From contig CAYJWI010000001.1 in the NCBI GenBank assembly GCA_964373815.1, forward strand, positions 7,885-71,884: a stretch of DNA of 64,000 nt, written 5' to 3'. The DNA comes from an uncultured archaeon (GTDB taxonomy: Archaea; Iainarchaeota; Iainarchaeia; Iainarchaeales; Iainarchaeaceae). Shown here in pieces: positions 42,935 to 51,599 of the stretch. The translations under genes were made by a program, and so were the position numbers. The notes beneath the pieces are model-generated. The model did no database searches, was not told where the DNA came from, and was given only the letters and a program-made list of their open reading frames with translations. How positions within the stretch are numbered: the first letter of the stretch is position 1; each line of letters opens with the position of its first letter.

Positions 42935-45484
42935 TTAATTTGCTTTAAGTAGTGAAAGAACGCCTATTACTGCCAATACAACGAGCACAATGCCGCCAAC
43001 AGCCATCCCTACAGTCGATGCAAGGGAGGCAAACCCTGTTGCTCCCGAGCCCTGTGCCTGCGCTTTCTTGGCATCAAATGAAACCGGGATGCTTTTGCTT
43101 CCCGAATCAGCATTAACCCTAAATGTCGCCTCTACCTTCCCTTCGTAATCTTTTGCATCCACCGCAACCTCTACCTTCTCCCCTGTCCGCCAGAGCTGCT
43201 TTTGGAGTGCGCCCACTTTCACGCCCGCGGGCACGCCTATTGCTGTAATCGTTACGTTGGTGAGGTCATCACCGGTGTTCTCAAGCTCTATCTTGCCAGC
43301 CCCGCTAACAGTATCGGGCTTGGCTGAAACCCTCACTTCAGGCGCCCTCTTTTCAGGCTCTGCAGGTGCTGGCTGTGGTTGGGGAGCCGGCTGCGGCGAA
43401 GGCGGCTGTCTTGAGCTATCTTCCACAGTCACGTAGAAATTATCCGAAATGGCCGAAGCCGAGCAGTATCTTCCGTCGCTGAACCTTCCTGCAACTGAAA
43501 CATCAACGCTTCCCCTTGTGCCGGATGAAACACTGCCTGCGCTTATTTCAACGCCGATTGTTTCACCGCTGTTCCTGCCAACGCTTGAGGGCTTGCTTTT
43601 CACCCTTGCAGAGAACTTCGGACTTGCATCCTCCACTTTCACAGAATCAATCGAAAAAGTCCTGTTGGAGCTGTTTTCAATCCTGACATTCTTCGTGGTT
43701 TTGGAATCCTCATTTACGCTCACGTCCGGCGCGCTAAGGGTTATGTCATTGCACGCGGCGCTTCCGGAGCCTGAGCTTGAGCCGTTGTTGTTTATTTCTA
43801 CCCTGAAGCTCTTTGTCACGCTGCCGAGGCTGCATTTCCTGCCATCCGAGAACTCCCCCTTGAGCTTGAGCGTAACAGTCGCTTCGCGGTCCTGCACGGT
43901 GTTGGTGCTCACAAGGTCCATGCTAAGGTCAGATGAGTCGTTCGCGCTTATGCTTGCCGGGGCATCGAAGTTCTCGGCCTTCAAATATGAGCTGTTGTCC
44001 GAAATGCCGGCATCGGTCACCTCAAAGTCCTGGTCAGAGTCATTCCTAACACTAAAGCTCACGTTTTTCGTCTCATCCTCGTCCATGAAAACTGTTGAAG
44101 TGGAAACACTTATGTCCGAGCATGTGCCGTTGCCCTGCCCGCCCACATTCACAGTGAAAGTGTCGGAATCTACCCTGTTGCGCGTGTTTTCAACTTCTAT
44201 TGTAATGGTGCTCTCGCCGGTGCTGTTCCCCCTTGGGCCTTCGCATTCGAAGTACCTGTCGCCCACTATGCGGCAGAATACCAGTGAGGTGTCGCTCTGC
44301 CTTGAAATCCTGAAGTCAAGCTGGTCATCGCTGTCAAAGTCATCCCTCGCGTATGAAAAGAGGTCGATTAGCCTGCTGTTGTAGCCGTCGTTTTCCCTGA
44401 TGTCAATGTCAGGCAAGCCGCTTATTGAAGGGCTGCTGTTTCCAGTGCCCTCGGAGAAAACCCTTACATCGAAAGTGTCAGTCGCGCTGAGCCCGCTTGT
44501 ATCGGTAACCCTTACTGAAATTGAATTCGTCCCTGTCCTGTTGGTGGAAGGCGCGTCGCAGTCAATGAACCTCTGCGAGTCCACAAAGCAGTTCACGAGA
44601 GAGGAATTGCTCTGCGAAGTGACTGCAAAAGAGAGCCTGTTGTCCGCATCTTCGGCATCGCTTGCATAGGCCCAGAGGTCTATCGCATCGTTTCTCGAGC
44701 CCGAATTCTCCCTTGTGTCAAGATCCGGGATTCCGCTCAATACTGGCGCGTTGTTCCCGGGATTTCCGCTCACAGTGGCAACAAAGACATCGGAGGCCGA
44801 TGCCCCATTAGTGTCCATTGCTTGGACAGTGATCGTGTTAGAGCCTGTCTGGTTTTGTGTAGGCGCATTGCAGCTCACGTACCTGTTGTTGTTTATCGTG
44901 CAGCTTATGAGCCCCGGGTTGCTCTGCGAGTTAATCGTGAAAGTGAGCCTGTCATCGGAATCCTCTGCATCTGTTGCGTAAGCCCAGAGGTCGGTTATGT
45001 TTGCCCTAGCATTTGAGTTGATGGCGAACTGCACGTCAGGGACATTGGTTATTGCAGGAGAGGTGTTTGCAGGCGGATTTGGTCTTACGACAGTAATTGA
45101 TGCCCTTCCGCAGCTCTGGCCGAAAAGGGTTGCGTTGCGGTCCATCTGCCAGAGTGCTTCGTAATTGCCGGCGCCTGAAGGCGCCTTTATGGAAAAGCTG
45201 AATGCCTTTGAATCCAGCGGAACAACGGAGCCTGAACCGATTGCCATGCCGCTCGAAGCTGAGCCAAAGGTTGTGCCCTGCAATGAGCGCAGGGTGTACT
45301 TGTTTGTGTCATTCCATGCCTCAGTGCCCGTGTTTTTGAGGGTGACAGAAACATTGTAGTTTTCATCTGCAACGATGAATTGCGGGATGCTTGAGGATAT
45401 GCACTGCGCATCATTGGCGGCGCTTACAAAAACACTGGCCATTACCAAGGCCATTACTGTCAAAAATGCTTTGCCGAAACCCAT
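42935..45484 (-). CDS. large surface protein with three tandem ~105-aa modules and C-terminal anchor
   Basis: 849-aa ORF with a signal peptide. It carries repeated DLWAYA(T/S)DAED(S/A)D(D/N)RL(T/S)F..SQSN modules and a PQPAPQPQPAP linker. C-terminus GSGATGFASLAS plus a TM helix. Confidence 0.75.
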   Translation of the reverse strand: MGFGKAFLTVMALVMASVFVSAANDAQCISSSIPQFIVADENYNVSVTLKNTGTEAWNDTNKYTLRSLQGTTFGSASSGMAIGSGSVVPLDSKAFSFSIKAPSGAGNYEALWQMDRNATLFGQSCGRASITVVRPNPPANTSPAITNVPDVQFAINSNARANITDLWAYATDAEDSDDRLTFTINSQSNPGLISCTINNNRYVSCNAPTQNQTGSNTITVQAMDTNGASASDVFVATVSGNPGNNAPVLSGIPDLDTRENSGSRNDAIDLWAYASDAEDADNRLSFAVTSQSNSSLVNCFVDSQRFIDCDAPSTNRTGTNSISVRVTDTSGLSATDTFDVRVFSEGTGNSSPSISGLPDIDIRENDGYNSRLIDLFSYARDDFDSDDQLDFRISRQSDTSLVFCRIVGDRYFECEGPRGNSTGESTITIEVENTRNRVDSDTFTVNVGGQGNGTCSDISVSTSTVFMDEDETKNVSFSVRNDSDQDFEVTDAGISDNSSYLKAENFDAPASISANDSSDLSMDLVSTNTVQDREATVTLKLKGEFSDGRKCSLGSVTKSFRVEINNNGSSSGSGSAACNDITLSAPDVSVNEDSKTTKNVRIENSSNRTFSIDSVKVEDASPKFSARVKSKPSSVGRNSGETIGVEISAGSVSSGTRGSVDVSVAGRFSDGRYCSASAISDNFYVTVEDSSRQPPSPQPAPQPQPAPAEPEKRAPEVRVSAKPDTVSGAGKIELENTGDDLTNVTITAIGVPAGVKVGALQKQLWRTGEKVEVAVDAKDYEGKVEATFRVNADSGSKSIPVSFDAKKAQAQGSGATGFASLASTVGMAVGGIVLVVLAVIGVLSLLKAN

Positions 45485-45503
45485 AAACCTACACCATTAA
45501 TTC

Positions 45504-45539
45504 GTTACTATTAAGTAGTGACAATGAAACTATTTAAAG
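45504..45539 (-). promoter_or_regulatory. conserved TATA-plus-initiator-like motif, copy B (candidate operon promoter)
   Basis: The minus strand reads CTTTAAATAGTTTCATTGTCACTACTTAATAGTAAC, 19 nt upstream of the 42935..45484 start codon. 21 of 22 nt are identical to copy A over GTTACTnTTAAGTAGTGACAAT. Confidence 0.4.
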
Positions 45540-45657
45540 CTATGGTTTTGGGCAGGTTTTACGCCTGTGCTGCAGAAAGCCAACCGCTTAAGCTGTTGGA
45601 TGAATGCAACCAATGGCACAGGCGTGTCTTCCAAACATTCAGGCAATAATTTGAAAG

Positions 45658-45677
45658 CCCACGCCTTTAGGCGTGGG
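45658..45677 (-). terminator. hairpin downstream of the HTH-CBS gene
   Basis: CCCACGCC-TTTA-GGCGTGGG lies 20 nt past the stop codon and is followed on the minus strand by CTTTCAAATTATT. Confidence 0.35.
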
Positions 45678-45696
45678 TCTTTTTACTCATAATACT

Positions 45697-46266
45697 TTAT
45701 TTCTTTTCTATAAGCGCATTCAGCAAGTCCGATTTGGTTATTATCCCAACAACCTTCCCCTTCCTTGCAACCAATACCCCGGGGTTGTTTTCTAGCAATC
45801 CGGAAATCGGCCTGAATGGTGTGTCTTCACGCACGGTCGGCATGGCTTCGGCCATGAACTCGCCTACCTTTAGAACGCTCACTTCCTCCATATCCTTTGC
45901 GCTGTTCATCCTGTCAAGTATCGCCTTTTCGGAAATCGTGCCGAGGTTCCTTCCGTCCTCGATTACCGGCAGCTGGGAGACCGCGTGCTTTTTCATCATC
46001 CTCGCAGCCTCCTTGAGGTTTGCATCCCTGCTTACGCCTATCACTTTTTCTGACATGAAATCCGCGGCCTTTGCCTGCGCCTCATTGTGCAGCGATTCGA
46101 AGAAATCAAAGAGCCTTTTCGCGTTCGAATAGGACGGCACTATCGCCCCCGCCTCAATTTTCGCAATCAATGACTGGCTAACGCCCGTGCGCACAGCCAG
46201 CTCGTTTTGCGTAATGCCGAGCTTTTTCCTCTTGGCCTTTAGTTCGGAGAGTTCTGGGAGCACCAT
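45697..46266 (-). CDS. HTH (XRE-type) plus CBS-pair domain regulator
   Basis: KLGITQNELAVRTGVSQSLIAKIEAG is followed by two CBS motifs. Confidence 0.8.
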   Translation of the reverse strand: MVLPELSELKAKRKKLGITQNELAVRTGVSQSLIAKIEAGAIVPSYSNAKRLFDFFESLHNEAQAKAADFMSEKVIGVSRDANLKEAARMMKKHAVSQLPVIEDGRNLGTISEKAILDRMNSAKDMEEVSVLKVGEFMAEAMPTVREDTPFRPISGLLENNPGVLVARKGKVVGIITKSDLLNALIEKK

Positions 46267-46360
46267 AAGGCCACTTATTCCTATGTGAATATTTTATGCA
46301 GAAATTATTATTAATGTGCCTTTGCACATAATATAGGGGCGTTTTTGGAGGTTTTTTTGG

Positions 46361-47542
46361 ATGGCGAGGAAATATCTTTTCAGTTCGGAATCGGTTACGG
46401 AGGGGCACCCGGACAAGATGATGGACCAGATCGCCGACACGATATTGGACGAGATGATAAAGGGCGACCCAAATTCGAGGGTGGCTGTTGAATGTGCAAC
46501 CAAAACCGGGCTGATACTGGTGTTTGGCGAAGTGACCACCAAAACATACGTCGATATCCAGGCAACCGTGAGGAAAGTCATCAGGGAAATAGGCTACAAC
46601 AACCCATCATACGGCTTTGACTGCGACGCTTGCTCTGTTTTGATTTCACTTTCAGAGCAGAGCCCCGACATAGCCCAAGGTGTGAATGAGGGCTCCGGCC
46701 TTGACAAGGAGCAGGGCGCGGGGGACCAGGGGATGATGTTCGGCTATGCCACAGACGAAACCCCTGAACTGATGCCTCTGCCTATAATGCTCGCGCACAA
46801 GATTACGCAGCGCCTCGCGCAGGCGAGAAAGAGCAAGGAAATAACCTTCCTGCGCCCAGACGGCAAGAGCCAGGTGACGATTGAATATGTTGACGGAAAG
46901 CCCGTGAGGGCCGATACAATCGTCGTGAGCGCGCAGCACGATGACGTGCCGTACGAACAGGTACGCGAAGCGATAATAGAGAAAGTGGTAAAGCCTGTGT
47001 GCGGCAAATGGGTGGATGATAATACAAAATTCTTAATCAATCCCACTGGAAGGTTTGTAATCGGCGGGCCAGTGGGCGATTCAGGGCTTACCGGGAGAAA
47101 AATAATAGTAGACACTTACGGCGGAGTAGGCCATCACGGCGGGGGAGCGTTCTCCGGCAAAGACCCTTCAAAGGTCGACCGCTCTGCCGCATACTTCGCC
47201 CGCTATGTCGCAAAGAACATTGTTGCCGCGGGGCTTGCGCAGAGGTGCGAGATACAGGTCGCATACGCTATTGGGGTTTCGGAGCCTGTTTCAATTTTCG
47301 TGAACACCTATGGCACAGGAGAGCTGCCGGATGAAGCGCTCGAAGCCCTCGTGAAAAAAGTTTTCAACTTCAAGCCAGCGGCGATAATAAAGCACCTCAA
47401 CCTCAAGAGGCCGATTTACCGCAAGACCGCGGCCTACGGCCACTTCGGAAGGGATGATGCGGATTTCACTTGGGAGAAAACCGACATGGCAGAGGAGCTG
47501 AAGAAGGAAGCTTCGGGCTTGCTTGCAAAGGCGAGGAACTAG
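46361..47542 (+). CDS. metK: S-adenosylmethionine synthetase, bacterial/eukaryotic MetK type
   Basis: [30 protein letters not shown] and [19 protein letters not shown]. Confidence 0.9.
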   Translation: MARKYLFSSESVTEGHPDKMMDQIADTILDEMIKGDPNSRVAVECATKTGLILVFGEVTTKTYVDIQATVRKVIREIGYNNPSYGFDCDACSVLISLSEQSPDIAQGVNEGSGLDKEQGAGDQGMMFGYATDETPELMPLPIMLAHKITQRLAQARKSKEITFLRPDGKSQVTIEYVDGKPVRADTIVVSAQHDDVPYEQVREAIIEKVVKPVCGKWVDDNTKFLINPTGRFVIGGPVGDSGLTGRKIIVDTYGGVGHHGGGAFSGKDPSKVDRSAAYFARYVAKNIVAAGLAQRCEIQVAYAIGVSEPVSIFVNTYGTGELPDEALEALVKKVFNFKPAAIIKHLNLKRPIYRKTAAYGHFGRDDADFTWEKTDMAEELKKEASGLLAKARN

Positions 47543-47648
47543 AAGTCGAAATCGGCAAAAATTCTTTGGTTCCAAGAAAGGGCTGCGGCCAAGGCGGGGC
47601 ATAAAGAATTAAAAACAGGCTCTCCTATCCTAATACTGTGGTCAACTG

Positions 47649-48113
47649 ATGCGCAGGCACGTTAGGGATGCTGTCTCTCGAGTAAAGAGCCAGCTTGTGC
47701 AATCACACAGAATCCCCAGGCACAAAACAGCGGGCATGATTAGAAAGGCGGCTGATGTGCGGGGAAAGTTTGTTTCTTTTTTTGAAAGGGTCAGGCTGCT
47801 GTATAGGCTGCAGTCGTCCTCAAAACGAATTGAAGGCATGATGAACTTTGTCCAGTTGGCAGAAAGGCAAATAAAACACATTGACCGGCAAGCTGAAAAT
47901 TACCCGGCAATGCAGCCAGAAGAATTGGTGAGGCTGATGGCTGACAGGGAGAGCGCGGAAATGGGAAAAAGGTTTTTCAGTCTCGCGATAACGAACAAAG
48001 GCAATATACACTCCACAATGGCCCTGCTTGCCAGAAACCATTTTGACTTTGATGAAGTCGCACGGCTGCTAGGGCAAGTAAAAAAAGAGCCGGCTCAACC
48101 AAGGCATGATTAA
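47649..48113 (+). CDS. hypothetical protein
   Basis: 154-aa ORF. The real start is possibly MMNFVQL at about 47838. No motif recognised. Confidence 0.3.
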   Translation: MRRHVRDAVSRVKSQLVQSHRIPRHKTAGMIRKAADVRGKFVSFFERVRLLYRLQSSSKRIEGMMNFVQLAERQIKHIDRQAENYPAMQPEELVRLMADRESAEMGKRFFSLAITNKGNIHSTMALLARNHFDFDEVARLLGQVKKEPAQPRHD

Positions 48114-48122
48114 GGCGATTGA

Positions 48123-48470
48123 ATGTACCACTTGGGAAAAATCATTGAGGTCCTCCCCGCGGAGGAAAAAGGCTCCAGGTCCGCGGATGGCGCAACCCAC
48201 GCGCTAATTGAGATGTGGGATGAGAACCTCATTATTTTCAGGGTCAACCCTGCGATAGTTAAGGATGTCAAGGAAGGGGTTTTCGTTCTTGTAGATTACT
48301 CCCCGATTGCCGTGGGCGGGGCGCCCGTGCCAAAGCATGAAATAGTTTCTATTGTCAGCGAAGCAAAGGGGAAGAAAATCCTCGCAAAGCTCCGCGAATC
48401 GCTAGACGAGAAAAAGAGGCAAAGGCAGCCGACCTTTGAAGCGCCAGTGCACGGCAAAATGATAGGTTAA
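48123..48470 (+). CDS. hypothetical protein
   Basis: 115-aa ORF in tight tandem with its neighbours. No motif recognised. Confidence 0.45.
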   Translation: MYHLGKIIEVLPAEEKGSRSADGATHALIEMWDENLIIFRVNPAIVKDVKEGVFVLVDYSPIAVGGAPVPKHEIVSIVSEAKGKKILAKLRESLDEKKRQRQPTFEAPVHGKMIG

Positions 48471-48479
48471 GGTTCTTCA

Positions 48480-48866
48480 ATGCCGAAATATTTCCTTGTT
48501 ACCCATCCCTGGGAACAGTACAGGAAAACGCTCGAATACCTCTGCTTCGAATCCGAAGGCGAAAGAAAGCCGCTCTCGCAGGGCGATTTGGTTGTTTACT
48601 GCAGCAGCGGCCTCGTTGCCGGGATTTTCGAGGTGGAAAAATTTGTTGAAAAAGAGTTCACTGGTTCAGCTGATTGTGGAGAATTCCAGGTGAAAATAAA
48701 GCCGGTTGCCCTGCCTGAAAAGGACCTCGTTGCAAGGCCTTTCCGCTACAAGGAAAGCCTAGAGAAGCCAATTGAAGGCTCGCCGCGCATCTTTCCCGTC
48801 AATACGCAGGATTTCGGGAAAACCCTGATTGCGATAAGGGAGAAGAAGAAGGAGTTGGTGCTTTAA
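48480..48866 (+). CDS. hypothetical protein, possibly with a PUA/EVE-like fold
   Basis: 128-aa ORF. MPKYFLVTHPWEQY..GDLVVYCSSGLVAGIFEV is loosely EVE/ASCH-like. Weak call. Confidence 0.4.
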   Translation: MPKYFLVTHPWEQYRKTLEYLCFESEGERKPLSQGDLVVYCSSGLVAGIFEVEKFVEKEFTGSADCGEFQVKIKPVALPEKDLVARPFRYKESLEKPIEGSPRIFPVNTQDFGKTLIAIREKKKELVL

Positions 48867-48932
48867 GGGCTATCAAGAATTTTATGCACAAGGATGGCAG
48901 TTTTTTAATACTTTTTCAGCAACTACCATTTA

Positions 48933-49385
48933 ATGCTCGAGGATTTCATAGAGGCAAACAAGCTTAGCGCGAAAGTCTTTGAAACCACGAGCGAAGTGCA
49001 CACCGCAGCGAAGGCCGCCACTTTGATGGGCGATGATGCGCAGGCCGTCGCGAAATCCATCCTTCTCATTGATTCAAACACAAACCCAATCCTTGTAGTG
49101 CTGCTCGGAAAAGACAGGGTTGATTTTGGGAAAGTTAAGGAAATACTAAAAGTGCGCGACGTGCGGCTCGCGGAGCCGGAGGAAGTTTCAGACATCACGG
49201 GGTATGAAATAGGCGGCGTGCCCCCGGTTTCGATTTACGGCGTAAGGACAATCCTCGACAAGGCCGTTAGACGCAAAGATGAAGTGGTGTGCGGCGGAGG
49301 CGACCCGCAGCACTTGATGAGGATAAAGGTTGGCGAGATACTCGAGTTCGCGGAAGAGATAACGGTAGAGGATGTCCGAAAGTAG
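48933..49385 (+). CDS. YbaK/EbsC-type aminoacyl-tRNA editing domain protein
   Basis: 150-aa ORF. AKSILLIDSNTNPILVVLLGKDRVDFGKV...GYEIGGVPPVS. Confidence 0.7.
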   Translation: MLEDFIEANKLSAKVFETTSEVHTAAKAATLMGDDAQAVAKSILLIDSNTNPILVVLLGKDRVDFGKVKEILKVRDVRLAEPEEVSDITGYEIGGVPPVSIYGVRTILDKAVRRKDEVVCGGGDPQHLMRIKVGEILEFAEEITVEDVRK

Positions 49386-49387
49386 GT

Positions 49388-49765
49388 TCAAATCGGGATT
49401 GTAATATTTAGCCTTTCATATTTTGCTTTCGGCTCCACTGTGCCCTTTGCCCCGCCGAGTTCAATCAGCCCCATCTCCGCGAGTTTTTTCACGTCGCGAA
49501 AGACGTTTGCATAAGGCCTTTTCAGGGTTTTTGCGAGGGCATAAATCGTCTTGGGCTTCTTTTCCCTAACCGTTTTGAGGATGCGCAGCCTTTCCTTGGT
49601 AAGCATCCCCCTCATCAGTTCAACTGTTTGAAAGGAAAGGATTTCCTGCTTCTCTACCTTCTCGCCTTTCCTGATTTTTTCATAGGTATCGGCAAACCTG
49701 TCCATAGTATGTTCAAAACTGTCAACCATGATGGTTACGTTTCTTGCTTTCATGCAAATCCACAC
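49388..49765 (-). CDS. HVO_A0114-like wHTH protein (putative antitoxin)
   Basis: About 120 aa. ILSFQTVELMRGMLTKERLRILKTVREKKPKTIYALAKTLKRPYANVFRDVKKLAEMGLIEL. Overlaps the upstream gene. Confidence 0.55.
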   Translation of the reverse strand: MWICMKARNVTIMVDSFEHTMDRFADTYEKIRKGEKVEKQEILSFQTVELMRGMLTKERLRILKTVREKKPKTIYALAKTLKRPYANVFRDVKKLAEMGLIELGGAKGTVEPKAKYERLNITIPI

Positions 49766-50036
49766 TCCTGATTGCTGAAACTTCTTCCATAAAAGCCCTC
49801 TTGAGATTGTTTACGTCCTTGAATTCCAGCTTCACCTCTTTTCCTTTTAGGTGTTTGTGGTGCCCCTTGCCTCTTTCGTTGTCATACCTCAAGATGCAAA
49901 GGCCGTTCTTTATAAAATTCATTGAATATTTTATGCCTTCTGGGAAAAACTTCCCTCTTTCCACTTCGTAAACCCTTATTTCCACGAACTCACCCTTTTC
50001 AAAATATGTCCTTTCGCTTTCCATCAGGCGGGCCAT
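49722..50036 (-). CDS. TumE/DUF6516-like putative toxin
   Basis: 104-aa ORF. IKYSMNFIKNGLCILRYDNERGKGHHKHLKGKE matches my recollection of the DUF6516 RYDN..HHKH core. Confidence 0.5.
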   Translation of the reverse strand: MARLMESERTYFEKGEFVEIRVYEVERGKFFPEGIKYSMNFIKNGLCILRYDNERGKGHHKHLKGKEVKLEFKDVNNLKRAFMEEVSAIRSVDLHESKKRNHHG

Positions 50037-50208
50037 AAAACCACATCAATGGCCTGCCACGCTATATATGGTGCGGCAGGCTATATAATACTATCCCATT
50101 ATACGTTGATTGACGAAGTAGTTTTATTTGTTTCTAGAGGCAGTTTATTATTTCCCTTTTCAGCTCTTGCAAATTGTATTTAATTATGGCTTCAATCATC
50201 CTTATTCT

Positions 50209-50835
50209 ATGCCGCGCATACCTTCCCCTGAAAGGGTTTCAAAACTCGCCGCATTCAGGCGCACGAGATTATTGAAAAGGCGGCAGAGAGAAGTCCAGTC
50301 AACGACGAGGGTAAAATTGATGAAAGCCCTTGCCTCGAAAATATCAGCCCTTTCAAAAAAGCTAGTGAATGCCGAATTAAAACCCTTAAGCGAAGTCGAG
50401 CCGGCAACCCATTATACACTTTTTTACAAGGGTAGGCCGGTGGCGGAGATAGGCGTTTTTGCCGCCATTAAAAACGGGACGGCAACCCTCGTAATTGATG
50501 AGATACAGGGGTGGCCAAAGGTTAAAGCAGAAATTGACCAGTTCAAAAAAGACAATGGCCTTCCTTGGAATGTGGCAATGGTTGATTTTCTTGTCTCTTC
50601 CGCTTATGAAGCCAGGTTTGACAGGGTTCTTCTTGCTGACATAACTGATTCCTCGTATTATGAAAACACATCAGTAGATGTCGGGGTAGCTGCCTCCCAG
50701 AAGGAAAAATTAGACAAGATAAAGTATGCAAGGGAAAAGATGAAACAATTATACACCTGGACTGCAAAGGCCTGCGGCTTCACGAAAATGGAAACCAATG
50801 AGCACGGCAGGTTTTATGTGAGGGAATTCCCTTAA
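50209..50835 (+). CDS. hypothetical protein
   Basis: Start taken at MPRIPSPERV. No motif recognised. Converges on atpD. Confidence 0.4.
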   Translation: MPRIPSPERVSKLAAFRRTRLLKRRQREVQSTTRVKLMKALASKISALSKKLVNAELKPLSEVEPATHYTLFYKGRPVAEIGVFAAIKNGTATLVIDEIQGWPKVKAEIDQFKKDNGLPWNVAMVDFLVSSAYEARFDRVLLADITDSSYYENTSVDVGVAASQKEKLDKIKYAREKMKQLYTWTAKACGFTKMETNEHGRFYVREFP

Positions 50836-51515
50836 GCGCTTTCCCGTGCTTCAAGCTTCGCTTTTATGGTTTTCAGCGAAATGAACTGCTCGCGCTCCAT
50901 TTCCTCAAGGCGCATTATGATGTACTTTGCATTGCCCTTCAGGTTCGGGATCATTATGTAATCGAGCGCGTTCACGCGCCTCTTGGTCTTCTCGATTTCC
51001 TTTATGAGCCTCTTCAGCGCGTTCTCGGTTTCGGCGAGCTTTATTATTATTTCAAGGCTTTTCTCGAATGCACTGGCGGCCTCGTCGATTTTCGCCGAGC
51101 TGCCCTGTATGCTATAGCCCCTCTCGGAAATTGTTTTTGAGACATATTCGCCCTTTATGTGAGGGATGTGCACACCCATTACGTTCTTCGATTCAACTTG
51201 GATGTTGGGCGCCTTCTTTACCGCGAGCGCGATGTTTTCGACCTCGAGTATGCCGTGGTATGCCTGGCAGACCGCAAGAGAGGAGAACGCCTCGCCCATC
51301 CTGGAATTCAGGTCCGTGCGCAAATCCTGCGCCTGCTTCATTATCTTGAAGAACTCGAGAACGAGCACGTCACGCTTCTGCTTGAGCAGCTTGTGGCCGT
51401 TCTCCGCGAGCCTTATCCTGTTCCTTGTCTCTATGAGCTCTAGGCGCGTTGTCTTCACATCATCTGCCACTTTTTCACCAATTTTTGGGTTTTTTTTAGG
51501 CGGAAAGATTTCCAA
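50832..51515 (-). CDS. atpD: A-type ATP synthase subunit D
   Basis: TRLELIETRNRIRLAENGHKLLKQKRDVL. TTG start. Last gene of the operon. Confidence 0.85.
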   Translation of the reverse strand: MEIFPPKKNPKIGEKVADDVKTTRLELIETRNRIRLAENGHKLLKQKRDVLVLEFFKIMKQAQDLRTDLNSRMGEAFSSLAVCQAYHGILEVENIALAVKKAPNIQVESKNVMGVHIPHIKGEYVSKTISERGYSIQGSSAKIDEAASAFEKSLEIIIKLAETENALKRLIKEIEKTKRRVNALDYIMIPNLKGNAKYIIMRLEEMEREQFISLKTIKAKLEARESA

Positions 51516-51599
51516 AAGCCAAAACTCCCAAGCCTTCTTTTCCGGTTTTTCCAGTTTTGAAGGAATTGCCTGTTTTGGCCCACTGTTTTTCCCAGCTTT

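Noticed and set aside
42935-45484. Whether the internal repeats of the surface proteins are a diversity-generating retroelement target (TR/VR pair).
   Set aside because: The repeat copies differ at all base types rather than at adenine-specific positions. No reverse transcriptase gene or template repeat is present in the window.
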